Origin: an uncultured Chloroflexia bacterium
GTDB taxonomy: Bacteria; Chloroflexota; Limnocylindria; Limnocylindrales; CSP1-4
Length of the DNA: 64,000 nt
Direction: 5' to 3'
NCBI GenBank assembly: GCA_963778025.1
Contig: CAVZTA010000003.1
Span: forward strand, 225,544 to 289,543
The notes beneath the pieces were generated by a model. That model saw only the letters and a list, made by a program, of their open reading frames with translations. It had not been told where the DNA came from and made no database searches. A program made the position numbers and the translations under genes. Below, piece after piece: positions 20,094 to 29,976 of this stretch. How positions within the stretch are numbered: position 1 is the first letter of the stretch; each line of letters starts with the position of its first letter.

Positions 20094-20753
20094 TCAGTCC
20101 TGGGTGTCGCGCTCCGCGCCCTTGATCTCCAGGAGGTAGGGCGCCTCGACGAGCAGGCCGACGAACCGGTCCCAGAACGCCCGGCCGTCGGCGGGCGTGA
20201 GGCGCTGCTCCAGGCGCAGGTAGTACGGCCGCGTGACGCCCTCCAGCCGGAGCGTCGGCACGCCGAACACGAGGAAGTCCCGGCGGGCATCCTCCCAGTC
20301 CGTGGCGATCCGGACCCGGGCCGCGACATCGGCAGCCGCGTCGTCGAACCGCTCCTTCAGCCGATGCCCGTCGCCGCCCGCTTCGTTCAGGACGTGCGCC
20401 AGGCGCCCGATGTCGGTGATGTCCTCGTGTTCGTCGAAGCGGAGGGCGAAGACCCCCAGCCGGTAGCGCGCCGCGACGTCCGCCGACTCCACCGCTTCGA
20501 CGTGGGTCATCGCCAGGAACGGCGCGAGGGGCCGGCGATCCTGCCGGTCGCGGTAGTGGCGATAGTCGAGCGGCTGCTCCCACAGGCGCCAGCCGTCCGC
20601 CTCCGGATCCCGGTTGACCTGCTCGAGCGCGAACAGCCGGTACTCGGCGTCGACGACGTCCCGACCCAGCCCGCCGATCCAGTCGACGGCCCGATAGCAG
20701 TACGGGCAGTGGAAGTCGTAGAAGAGGTCGAGCTTCGTCGGGCGGTCGATCAC
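20094..20753 (-). CDS. DsbA-like thioredoxin-fold oxidoreductase (CPYC), no signal peptide
   Basis: C-terminal part of ORF 20094..22568(-): VIDRPTKLDLFYDFHCPYCYRAVDWI, FGVPTLRL. GTG 20753 overlaps the amidase stop (GTGA). Confidence 0.75.
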   Translation of the reverse strand: MIDRPTKLDLFYDFHCPYCYRAVDWIGGLGRDVVDAEYRLFALEQVNRDPEADGWRLWEQPLDYRHYRDRQDRRPLAPFLAMTHVEAVESADVAARYRLGVFALRFDEHEDITDIGRLAHVLNEAGGDGHRLKERFDDAAADVAARVRIATDWEDARRDFLVFGVPTLRLEGVTRPYYLRLEQRLTPADGRAFWDRFVGLLVEAPYLLEIKGAERDTQD

Positions 20754-22148
20754 GAGCGGAGAGCATAGGGCGCGATGCGCCACGGCTCGCCGGCGGCAAG
20801 CTCGTACGCCGCGCCGAGCTCCAGGATCGCCTGCTCCGCCCCAGGCCGACCGACCAGCTGGATGCCGACGGGCAGCCGACCCTCCGGCCCCCGGAATCCG
20901 GACGGCACGGCCAGCGCCGGCGCGTCCAGCAGCGACACGGCCCAGCACGAGCGCATCCACTCGACGTAGTCGGGCATCGGGACGCCCTCGATCTCGCGCG
21001 GCCACGTGAGCTCGATCGGGAACGGGAGGACCTGGCTGACCGGCAGGACGAGCGCATCGAACCGGTCCATGAAGCTTCGGAAGCCGTCGCCGAGACGTCG
21101 CTTGGCGGCGGCGGCCGCCGCGAGGTCTTCGGGGCGTGACCTTCGCCCCCTCCTCGACGTGCCAGCGGAGCTCGGGCTTGAGCTCGTCCACCCGGTCGCC
21201 GACCCGCTCGAGGATCGATCGCCGGAACGAGGCGTGGCGTGGGGCCAGGAACGCGAGCCTCGCCTCGCGCATGTCCGGCTCGGCGACCTCGACGATGCAC
21301 CCGAGGCGTTCGAGACGCGCGCCGGCCGCCTCGACCTCGGCGGTGACGTCGGGCTCCATCGGCAGTCCGGCGAACCTCGGCGCGATCGCGATCCGCCGGC
21401 CTCGGACGTCGACATCGTCCGGGATCTCGAACGTGGCCGGAGCGGCCATGACCGACAGCAGGAGCGCGACATCGCGCACGGTCCTCGCCATGGGGCCGTC
21501 GACCGCGAGGCTGAGCCCGTCGCTGGGCTCGTCGTCGGGGATGAGCCCGGGCGTCGTGCGGAAGCCCACGACATCGCAGAACGACGCGGGATTCCTGAGC
21601 GATCCGCCGTAGTCCGAGCCATCGGCAAGGGCGATCATCCGGGCCGCCAGGGCGGCCGCCGCGCCGCCCGACGAGCCGCCCGGTGTCCGGCTGGGATCCC
21701 AGGGATTGCGCGTCGGGCCGAAGACGTCGTTGTAGGTCTGCGAGCCGGCGCCGAATTCGGGGACGTTGGTCTTGCCCAGGCCGATGGCGCCCGCCTCGCG
21801 GATCCGGCGGACCGTGAGCGAGTCCTCGTCCGGGATCCACTCGGCGAGGACGCGCGAGCCCATCGTCGTCCGCACGCCCGCCGTCGGCTGGAGGTCCTTG
21901 AACGCGACCGGCAGTCCCTCGAGCGGTCCGAGCGGCTCGCGGCGAGCGCGTCGCGCGTCGCTCGCCCGCGCCTCGTCCCTCGCGCGGTCGAACGTGCGGG
22001 TGGGGATCGCGTTCAGCACGCGGTCCACGGCCTCGATCCGGGCGATGTGCGCGTCGACGACCTCGAGCGCGCTCGCCTCGCGCCGGTCGAGGACGTCGAG
22101 CAGCTCGAGGGCGGTGCGATCCGTGAGACCGATCCCCTCCGCGGTCAC
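20750..22148 (-). CDS. amidase-signature family amidase (GatA-like), 1-nt frame change near 21129-21135
   Basis: N-terminal two-thirds in ORF 20094..22568(-): GLPVAFKDL, GKTNVPEFGAGSQTYN, PGGSSGGAAAALAA. C-terminal third in ORF 20750..21628(-): FDALVLPVSQVLPFP, LAVPSGFRGPEGRLPVGIQLVGRPG. GTG 22148 overlaps the XRE stop. Confidence 0.85.
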
Positions 22149-22810
22149 GGCCTGGATGCCTTGTCCGGTCGACTGGGCAGCGGCGCGGTGGAGCCGGTGG
22201 GTTCGACCGGCTCGGCGCCGGGCCGGCGGACGCTCACGATGAGCATCGTCCCGGCGTCGGGTCCCACGACCGCCGCGGCGTGCGGCACGGTCCCGTCCCA
22301 GCGGACGTAGTCCCCGGGGCCCACCTCGAACTCGTGATCGCCCTGTCGCATCCGCCACGTCCCACCGATGATCAGGTGGTGCTCCAGGCCCGGGTGCGTG
22401 TGGTCGCCGATCCCGGTCCCGGGCGGCACGACGATCTGGAGCATGGCGAGGTCGCCCGAGGTGCCGCCGTCGACCCGCTCGACCCGGCCGCCCTCCGGGT
22501 CGACCTTGACCGAGCGTTCGGATGCGCGCACGACGACGGGGGCCGCGGCATCGCCGAGCAGGAACCACGCGACCGGGACGTCAAGCGCGTCGCCGACCGC
22601 CGCCAGGGCTTCGAGCGATGGCGAGGCCTTGTCGTTCTCGATCTGGGAGAGGTAGCCGACGTTCAGGCCGCTCCGCTCGGCGACTTGCGCGAGGGTCAGT
22701 CCGCGCTGCCCGCGCCACCGCCGGATCTCCGCTCCGACGAGCGGACGGCGGGGACGTCGCGGCCGGCTGACCACGAGGTCGAACGCCTGATCGCGCTCGG
22801 GGCGGCTCAT
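22145..22810 (-). CDS. XRE-family HTH regulator with C-terminal cupin sensor domain
   Basis: ORF 22145..22810(-): GLTLAQVAERSGLNVGYLSQIENDKASPSLEAL. Cupin motifs GDHTHPGLEHHLIIGG and GDYVRWDGTVPH. Confidence 0.85.
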   Translation of the reverse strand: MSRPERDQAFDLVVSRPRRPRRPLVGAEIRRWRGQRGLTLAQVAERSGLNVGYLSQIENDKASPSLEALAAVGDALDVPVAWFLLGDAAAPVVVRASERSVKVDPEGGRVERVDGGTSGDLAMLQIVVPPGTGIGDHTHPGLEHHLIIGGTWRMRQGDHEFEVGPGDYVRWDGTVPHAAAVVGPDAGTMLIVSVRRPGAEPVEPTGSTAPLPSRPDKASRP

Positions 22811-22931
22811 GGCGTCATTTTGCCCTCAGAAAACAGGTATTGACAAGGGCGAATTCGCGGCGCACGATGTAGGCCATCAGCAACAATCGTTGGTGGTCAG
22901 CAAATGCGCCGACCACAGGGAGATCGCCCAC

Positions 22932-23588
22932 ATGGACATCGCCATCATCGGTACCGGGAACGTCGGTCGCGCGCTCGCCACGTCGCTCACTCGTGCCGGC
23001 CACCATGTGACGCTCGCCGCGCGCGACGCGGCCAGGACGCAGGCGGTCGCCGCCGAGCTCGGCACGGACGTCGCGTCCACCGCGAGTGAGGCGGTCGCCG
23101 GCGCCCGGGCCACGATCATCGCCGTCCCGTTCTCTGCCGCGGCCGACGTCGCCGAGGCGATCGAGGACGCCGCCGCGGGCAAGGTCGTCATCGACGTCAG
23201 CAACCCGCTCAACGCCGACTACAGCGGCCTCGCCACGGAGCCCGGCACCAGCGCCGCGGAGGAGCTCGCCGCGGAGCTTCCCGAGGCACACATCGTGAAG
23301 GCGTTCAACACCCTGTTCGCCAGCGTCCAGGCGGATCCGCAGCGCCACGGCGTGACCGTCGACGGCCTCTACGCGACCGACGATGCCGAGGCGGCCGAGA
23401 CCGTCGCCGAGGTCATCGAGTCGATCGGCCTCCGCCCGGTGAATGCCGGCGGGCTCGCTCGGGCTCGTGAGCTCGAATCGCTCGCGTTCCTGAACATCCA
23501 GCTCCAGCTCCGGAACGGCGGCTCGTGGGACACCGCGGTCACGCTCGTCGCCCCGCCGTCGAAGGCCACGGAGCCGGCCGCCGCCTGA
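22932..23588 (+). CDS. NADP oxidoreductase, coenzyme F420-dependent / NADPH-dependent F420 reductase-like
   Basis: ORF 22809..23588. AGGGAG RBS then ATG 22932: MDIAIIGTGNVGRALATSLTRAGHHVTLAARD, VIDVSNPL, IVKAFNTLF. Confidence 0.8.
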   Translation: MDIAIIGTGNVGRALATSLTRAGHHVTLAARDAARTQAVAAELGTDVASTASEAVAGARATIIAVPFSAAADVAEAIEDAAAGKVVIDVSNPLNADYSGLATEPGTSAAEELAAELPEAHIVKAFNTLFASVQADPQRHGVTVDGLYATDDAEAAETVAEVIESIGLRPVNAGGLARARELESLAFLNIQLQLRNGGSWDTAVTLVAPPSKATEPAAA

Positions 23589-23612
23589 CGGCACCCGCCC
23601 ACCAGATCCATC

Positions 23613-23642
23613 GAGCCCCCCGGACGCGCATCCGGGGGGCTC
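23613..23642 (+). terminator. GC-rich stem-loop downstream of the F420 reductase gene
   Basis: GAGCCCCCCGGA cgcgca TCCGGGGGGCTC: perfect 12-bp stem and 6-nt loop, 25 nt after the stop. No U-tract. Confidence 0.45.
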
Positions 23643-23727
23643 GTGGGCATCCCGGGCCCCACCACACCGAGCCACCGTTTCCGGTGCCCTCGCGCACCGT
23701 CGATAGACGGCCGTCACGAGCTGTGGG

Positions 23728-24129
23728 GTGCACTCCCATGCGGTCCGGTGCGGTTCGCAGGATGATGCGGACATGGCGCGTGGTGAGGGGCCGAGACGGA
23801 TCCAGGTCCACGGTCGCCGGCTGGTCACGCCCCGCCCGATCATCACCGTCCTGGTCGCCGTGACGGCTGCGCAGATGGCCGACCTGATCACCTTCGTCCG
23901 GCTCATGGTCGAGCACGGCGCCCTCGCCGAGGCGAACCCCCTCGTCCACCACGGCGTCGTTGGCATGGGTCCCGAGCCGTTCATCGTGGCCAAGGCCGTC
24001 CTCGTGGTGTTCATCGCGGCGGCGTTCAGCGTCGTGGGCAAGAAACGCGCTCGCATGGCGCACCTCGTCGCGACCGTCGCGGTCCTCGCCGGGCTCATCG
24101 GCGCCTACTCGAACGTGTTCGCCCTCTGA
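23728..24129 (+). CDS. small polytopic membrane protein (DUF5658-like, E-x-NP motif)
   Basis: ORF 23728..24129: ADLITFVRLMVEHGALAEANPLVHH and 3-4 hydrophobic spans. Start uncertain (alternative ATG 23773). Confidence 0.5.
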   Translation: MHSHAVRCGSQDDADMARGEGPRRIQVHGRRLVTPRPIITVLVAVTAAQMADLITFVRLMVEHGALAEANPLVHHGVVGMGPEPFIVAKAVLVVFIAAAFSVVGKKRARMAHLVATVAVLAGLIGAYSNVFAL

Positions 24130-24136
24130 GGGTCCG

Positions 24137-24859
24137 TCAGCCGGCGCGGACGTCCCTGCGCGCCTTGCGGACGATCCGGATGAACTGCCCCAGGTGGTCG
24201 ACCGGCCGGATGTGGCTGGGCTCGCCCGCGTAGATCGTCCGGATGGGCACCCACGCGATGGGCAGCCCGTCGCGGATCGCCAGCGTGAGCATCTCGACCT
24301 CGAACTCGAAGCCGCGCTCGTCGCTCGACAGCGTGCGCTCCATCAGCCGCCGCCCGAGCAGGCGGTACCCGGACTGGTTGTCGGGCACTCGCTGCCCGAC
24401 CGCCCATGAGAACGCCGCGCCGCCCAGGACGTTCGCGAGTCGCCGCGCGGGCGGCATCCGCCGGAAGTCCCGCCGCCCGACCACGAGCTCGGGCCGCGGC
24501 GACGCGTCCGCGAACGCCGTGACGAACGTCGGCAGCTCCGCCGGATCGTGCTGGCCGTCGCCGTCGAGCGTCACGACCGCGTCGAGCCCCTCATCGAGCG
24601 CGAGCCGGAATGCCGCCCGGAGCGCCGCGCCCTTGCCCTGGTTGGGCAGCTGCCGGAGCACGCGCGCACCCGCCGCCTCCGCGCGAGCGGCGGTGTCGTC
24701 GCTCGATCCGTCGTCGACCACGAGCACCGGCAGGTGCCGGCTCGCCCCTCGCACGACCGCCTCGATCCGCGGTCCCTCGTCGTGTGCCGGCACGATCGCG
24801 AGGATCCGCGGCGGGGCGTCGGTCATCGCGTCAGGGTAGGGCGCGGTGACCCCTTGCAT
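24137..24859 (-). CDS. family 2 glycosyltransferase (polyprenyl-phosphate sugar synthase-like)
   Basis: ORF 24137..24859(-): ILAIVPAHDEGPRIEAVV, VLVVDDGSSDDT, NQGKGAALRAAF, VVTLDGDGQHDP. Alternative start ATG 24826. Confidence 0.85.
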   Translation of the reverse strand: MQGVTAPYPDAMTDAPPRILAIVPAHDEGPRIEAVVRGASRHLPVLVVDDGSSDDTAARAEAAGARVLRQLPNQGKGAALRAAFRLALDEGLDAVVTLDGDGQHDPAELPTFVTAFADASPRPELVVGRRDFRRMPPARRLANVLGGAAFSWAVGQRVPDNQSGYRLLGRRLMERTLSSDERGFEFEVEMLTLAIRDGLPIAWVPIRTIYAGEPSHIRPVDHLGQFIRIVRKARRDVRAG

Positions 24860-24867
24860 GGGGTGCG

Positions 24868-25090
24868 ATGATCGGCGCGATGGTCGAGTACGGGAACGGC
24901 GTCAGCCAGGTCTCAGGTCAGGCGGGTGGTGGCGCGGGCGGCGGCGGGCAGACGCGTCGACGTGGGCGCCAGCGTGGTCCACACGATCGGGCACACCGTC
25001 GACCAGATCGCGGCGCTTCCCCCGCACATCCTGATCATCGGCGCGATCGCGATCCTGTTCGGGCTGATGCTCCTGAAGCGCGCCTTCTAG
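24868..25090 (+). CDS. small Gly-rich, C-terminally TM-anchored protein (apparent 1-nt frame change near 24948-24960)
   Basis: GC3 is high in frame 1 for MIGAMVEYGNGVSQVSGQAGGGAGGGGQ, then high in frame 2 for VDVGASVVHTIGHTVDQIAALPPHILIIGAIAILFGLMLLKRAF, with the stop at 25088-25090. Confidence 0.35.
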
Positions 25091-25698
25091 CGCGTCGATC
25101 CGTCGCCGGTCAGCGTCGGCACCGACGCTGCGTCGATCACGGCGAGCTCGCGCCAGCGGCACACGAAGCAGTCGCGCTCCGGATCCCAGGCCGTCCGGTA
25201 CTCGATGACCCGGCGACTGCCATCGGCCCGCGGGAAGTCGAACACCGAATGCGCCGGCGTCTCCTTGAGCTCGCCGAACAGCCAGGTCGCGTCGTCGTCG
25301 CGCACGACCGGTGGCACGAGCTCCCGCCACGGGACGCCCGCCAGCCCGCCCGGGAGCCGGTCGACGAGGGCGCACGCGGCATCGTCCCCGTCGATGAACC
25401 GGTCGTCCTCGCCGAGATACGCCGTGGCGACGCCTGGCTCCTGCCACCACGCCTCGTCGGTGCGGACGCCCGCCTGTCCGTCGCGGTAGATGTACCAGGC
25501 GACACCACCGAACGAGGCGAGCGGATCCTGCGCCCGCACGATCGCGCGCGTATGCCAGCGTCGGAGCGCGCGCTCGAGCGCGGCGGGATCCGTGCGCTCG
25601 GCAGCCGCGAGCTTCTCGATCGTCGCGCGGACGAACGAGGCGAACGCGGCGTCGTCACGCGGGAACGTGACCGGGGTGGGGATGCTGATGACGGCCAT
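25087..25698 (-). CDS. hypothetical protein (203 aa)
   Basis: C-terminal part of ORF 25087..26382(-), ATG 25698: MAVISIPTPVTFPRDDAAFASFVRATIEKL..WYIYRDGQAG..CFVCRWRELAVID. Balanced composition, high GC3, no domain recognised. Confidence 0.6.
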   Translation of the reverse strand: MAVISIPTPVTFPRDDAAFASFVRATIEKLAAAERTDPAALERALRRWHTRAIVRAQDPLASFGGVAWYIYRDGQAGVRTDEAWWQEPGVATAYLGEDDRFIDGDDAACALVDRLPGGLAGVPWRELVPPVVRDDDATWLFGELKETPAHSVFDFPRADGSRRVIEYRTAWDPERDCFVCRWRELAVIDAASVPTLTGDGSTR

Positions 25699-25798
25699 CG
25701 GGGCGCGGATTGTCCGATGGCCCCGGACGGCGCGCAAGCGATCGGCGCGACGGGACGTTGACAACCCGGTGCGCGGGCGCCGACGCTCCGCGCCAGCC

Positions 25799-26290
25799 AT
25801 GGCTCCACTGCGCTTCGAGATCACGATCGCCCGGCCGGTGAACGAGGTGTTCGCCGTCCTGACGGATCCGACGTTGACCCCGCGCTGGTCGGCGAACGCG
25901 GTCTCCGAACGCTGGTTGACGCCACCGCCCCACGGCGTCGGCTCCCGCCGCGAGGCGGTGACGAAGGGGTTGGGCCGGCGGATGACGAACGTCGCCGAGG
26001 TCGTCGCGTTCGATGCCGGTCGCAGCTGGACCTTGCGGAGCGTGTCCGGAGCCGCATTCGAGGCGTCGGCATCGTTCTCGCCCGAGGGTGACGCGACGCG
26101 CGTCGTCTGGACCTGGACGCTCGGACGCTCGCGGTGGCAACGAGCGGCGATGGCGCCGATCGTGCCGATCTTCAGGCGCTCGATCGGAGCCGACCTCGCT
26201 CGCCTGAAGTCGATGATGGAGTCCGGCGAGCTCCAGCCCCGGCTGAGACCGCCCGGTATCCTTCCGCCGACCCGCCGGACGTGGCGGCGA
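25799..26290 (+). CDS. SRPBCC (START/polyketide-cyclase-like) superfamily protein; 3' end unresolved
   Basis: Within ORF 25490..27103, ATG 25799: MAPLRFEITIARPVNEVFAVLTDPTLTPRWSANAV..VVWTWTL..ADLARLKSMMESGE. The domain ends near 26235, but this frame has no stop until 27103, and GC3 collapses after about 26300. Confidence 0.6.
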
Positions 26291-26363
26291 ACCCGAGGTG
26301 ATCCGTGGCCCATCCGTCGAGCGCGCGCGCCGAGCGGACCGCCGCCCAGGACGCGACCCGACG

Positions 26364-29300
26364 ATGAGCCCGTCGCGACCATCCCGGAGCGCGCGGGTCC
26401 GCCGTCTCCTCGGCGATCTCGCGAAGGCCGAGACGCGGGGCGACGCGATCGGGCGGATCCGCCGTCGAGCGGGCAGGGAGCTGGGCACGCGGGTCGGTGG
26501 CGACGCGGGCCCCAGACCGAAGCCCGCGGCCCGGAGCGGGGACGGGAACGGTCGCCGCCAGGACGCGTGGTACGTCGGCGAGTGGCAGAAGCTCGCGGAT
26601 GCGGCCCTCGGAGCGCCGGACGTGGCCTCCGACGACGCCACGCGCTCGAAGGACGCCCAGAAAGCCGCCGCCCGCCAGCGCGCGGAGGCCCTCCTCGCCG
26701 AGGCGATCGGCCGCGGCGAACCCCTCGAGACCGCCGTCCCGCGGACGGTCGGCGTGCTGGCCGACCTCATCGAGCATCACGCCGCCTGGGCGCTCGCCGA
26801 GGGCACGAGCCGGCTGCCGGGCGGCGAGACGGCGTCCACGCTCGCGCTCGCCGTCCTGTGGCATCGCCGCCGACAGCTGCCGCGCGTGTGGAGCGTGCTC
26901 CAAGGGCTCGACGACGCGACCCTCGCGCGGTACGTCCCGATCGAGGCGGTCGACGGCGCGCTGGCCACCGGCACCGACGACGCCCGGCGGCGCGCGCATC
27001 GCCATCGCCGCGCCGACCGACTCGATGGACGCCCCGACGCTCATCGATCTCGCCGGCCGGTTCATCGCGTTCGGCGAGCGTGACGCCGCAGCCGCGCTGC
27101 TGAGCGAGCTGCGCCGTCGGCCGTCCGTCGAGCTGGATGCCCGGCGCCGCGCCGTCTGGCCGCGCCTCGAACGATGGCTGGACCCGCCGACGCCGACCAT
27201 CCCCGAGGGCGCCGTCCCGATCGCCGTCTTCGACTACCAATCACCGGACCACGTGCTGACGTCCGGCAACCTCGGCGACTACGTCCAGACGCTGTCGATG
27301 CTCGGCAACCTCGTCCGCCTGAGCGACGTGACGTTCACCGGCGAGGACGGCCTCGGCGACCTCGCGAACGAGCTGCAGGGCCGCGTTCACGAAGAGCTCC
27401 GTGTCCCAGGCGTGCGAGGCCGGGCCCACCTGATCCCGGTCGACCGCGACGTCTCGACGCTCGAGCCGGTCCCGCCCGGCACGTGGGCCTTCGCGTTCGG
27501 CTGGCACATGCACCCGCTGTTCGACCTCCGGTACGACTTCCCATACCACCCGAACCTGCGCCCGCTGTTCCTCTCGTTCCACGTCAACCGGCTCGAGATC
27601 CTCTCCGACGAGGCACTCGCCTACCTGCGCGACCACGGCCCGATCGGCTGCCGCGACTGGACGACGGTGTTCCTGCTGCTGAGCGCCGGGGTCGACGCGT
27701 TCTTCTCGGGCTGCTTCACCACCAGCGTCGATGCGCTGTTCCCACGGCGCGCCGAGGCGTACCGGGGCGGGGGAGCGGTCGGCGTGATCGACCTGCCGCC
27801 GCACGTCGCCGGCCAGGACGTGGCGAACGTCCGGACCTACAGCCACCAGGCCGACGGATACCAGGCGATGGGGCTGGCGCAGGGCCTCCGCGCCGCCGAC
27901 CGTGCGCTGGCGGGCTATCAGCGCGACCTCGACCGCGCCGTCACCGGCCGGCTCCACGCGTTCCTGCCGCTGACGGCGCTCGGCGTGCCGGTCGAGTTCC
28001 GGACCGGAAGCCCCGGCGACATCCGCTTCGCGGGGCTGACCGACCTCACGCCCGACGACCCCCGCCTCGTCGAGCTGCGGAGCGGGATCCGTGACCTGAC
28101 CGCGCCGATGCTCGAGCTGATCCTCGCCGGCGCCGCACCTGCGGACGTCTACGCGCGGTGGCGCGAGCTCACGCGCGAGCGGGTCGCGGAGGCGCGCCGA
28201 CGGTTCGACGCCCCGGTCGCCGCGCTCCGCACGACGACCATCGACATCGACGGGGCCGTCGCGACGGTCAAGGCCGGCAGCCGCCGCTTCGGCGCGCACG
28301 AGGCCGTCGACCCGGCGTCCGTCAGCGACCTGGTCCTCGCCTTCGACGAGAACCTCACCTGGCCCGCTGCGGTGCTGCTCGAGTCGGTCGTCGCGAACGC
28401 CGGTGGGCCGGTGCGGCTGTGGGTCCTGGCGCGCGGCCTGACCGACCGCTACTACGAGTGGCTCGCGGGCGCGTTCCCGCAGGTGCCGATGACGTTCCTG
28501 CCGTGCGACGGCATCGCCTACGGGCCGAAGGGTCGACCCCGTCGCGTCCCCGCCCGGATCACGGTGTCGACCATGGACCGCCTGCTGCTGCCGGCACTGC
28601 TCGAGGACGTGTCGCGGGTCGTCTATCTCGACGTCGACACGCTGATGCTCGACGACCTGTGCCGGCTCGCACGCACGGATCTGGGCGGGCGCCCGATCGC
28701 GGCGCGCGACTCGGTGGTGTCCGAGGCCAGCGAGTGGCAGCGCTCCGGGCGCGCCCTGCCCGAGCCGCAGGCCACGGAGCTCCGGCGGGCCATGGGTCGG
28801 CGGCATGGCTTCGGCCATCGCGGCGCTGAACGCCGGCGTCCTCGTGATGGACCTCGACCGGATGCGCGCCGACGACTTCACGGCCACGTACCTCGGCTGG
28901 GTCGAGACGTACGGGCTGCACGACCAGGACACGATGCTCGCGTACGTCGGACCGGACCGGGCGGTCCTGGATCCGCGCTGGAACGCGATCCCGACCCTCG
29001 AGGAGGTCCGCGACCCGTTCCTCATCCACTGGGCGAGCTTCAACAAGCCGTGGGACCCTGCCGTCAGCTTCCGCAAGGACGTCTGGGCGTCGTACGCGGC
29101 GCGTGTCCGCGAACGGGCGGGTGATCCGCCACGGGACGATGACTCGCCGAGTGGCCCTGAAGGCTCGTTGCGCAACCCCGTGCCCATCGACATCGCCGGC
29201 GAGCGGTCGCCGAAGGTCGAGGCGGTCATCGAGGCCGTCCGGGCGGAGCATCTGAGCTACCTCGACGAGCCCAGCCTGCGGACGCTCGCCGCGACGGTCG

Positions 29301-29866
29301 AGCAGCTCGAGGCCGACGGCATCCCGGGGCTGATCGTCGAAGCCGGCACCGCCCTCGGCGGCTCGGCGATCACCCTCGCATCGGCGAAATCGCCCGAGCG
29401 GCCGATGCGCGTGTACGACGTGTTCGGCATGATCCCGCCGCCGTCGGATCGTGACGGCGCCGACGTCCATCGCCGCTACGCGACGATCAAGGCCGGCGGC
29501 TCGAAGGGCATCGCTGGCGACACGTACTACGGCTATCGCGACGATCTGCTGGGTGAGGTCACGCGCTCGTTCGCTCGCCATGGCGTGCCGGTGGACGTCA
29601 ACCATGTCGAGCTGATCCAGGGCCTCTTCCAGGACACCATCGAGGGCGACGAGCCGGTGGCGCTCGCCCATCTCGACGGTGACTGGTACGCGTCGACCAT
29701 GACCTGTCTCACGCGCCTCGCGCCGCGCCTGTCGAAGGGTGGCCGGATCGTCGTCGATGACTACGACACGTGGTCGGGCTGCCGGACCGCCGTCCACGAG
29801 TACTTCACGGGCCGCCCGGGCTACCGCTTCGAGCGCCGGGGTCGCCTCCACATCGTCCGCGAGTAG
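26364..29866 (+). CDS. multidomain glycan-modifying enzyme: helical N-region + polysaccharide pyruvyltransferase-like + GT8 glycosyltransferase + TylF/macrocin-O-methyltransferase-like (two 1-nt frame changes)
   Basis: Parts lie in ORFs 26298..27083, 26497..29124 and 28805..29866. Motifs: SGNLGDYVQTLSMLG and PIGCRDWTTVFLLLSAGVDAFFSGCFTT; GT8 VVYLDVDTLMLDD, then in the next frame LNAGVLVMDL, DQD, HWASFNKPW; MTase LIVEAGTALGGSAI, HLDGDWYASTMTCL, IVVDDY. Frame switches near 26985-27000 and 28816-28822. Confidence 0.75.
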
Positions 29867-29976
29867 CCGCGAGCGACGGTGGCCCGGTTCGCCGGCCCCC
29901 TCGTCCTCGCGCTTTGCGTGGTCGGCCTCGCCGGCGGCGCTCGACATCGTGGGCTCGAAGGCCAGAATGGGCCTTC

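Noticed and set aside
25757-25762. TTGACA boxes at 25757 and 22842 as promoters
   Set aside because: No convincing -10 element (TAnnnT) lies at 16-19 nt spacing, so neither was listed as a feature.
27241-29229. 662-aa minus-strand ORF
   Set aside because: It is antisense to the GT8/pyruvyltransferase-like gene, whose plus-strand frames carry clear domain motifs. Its composition is junk-like.
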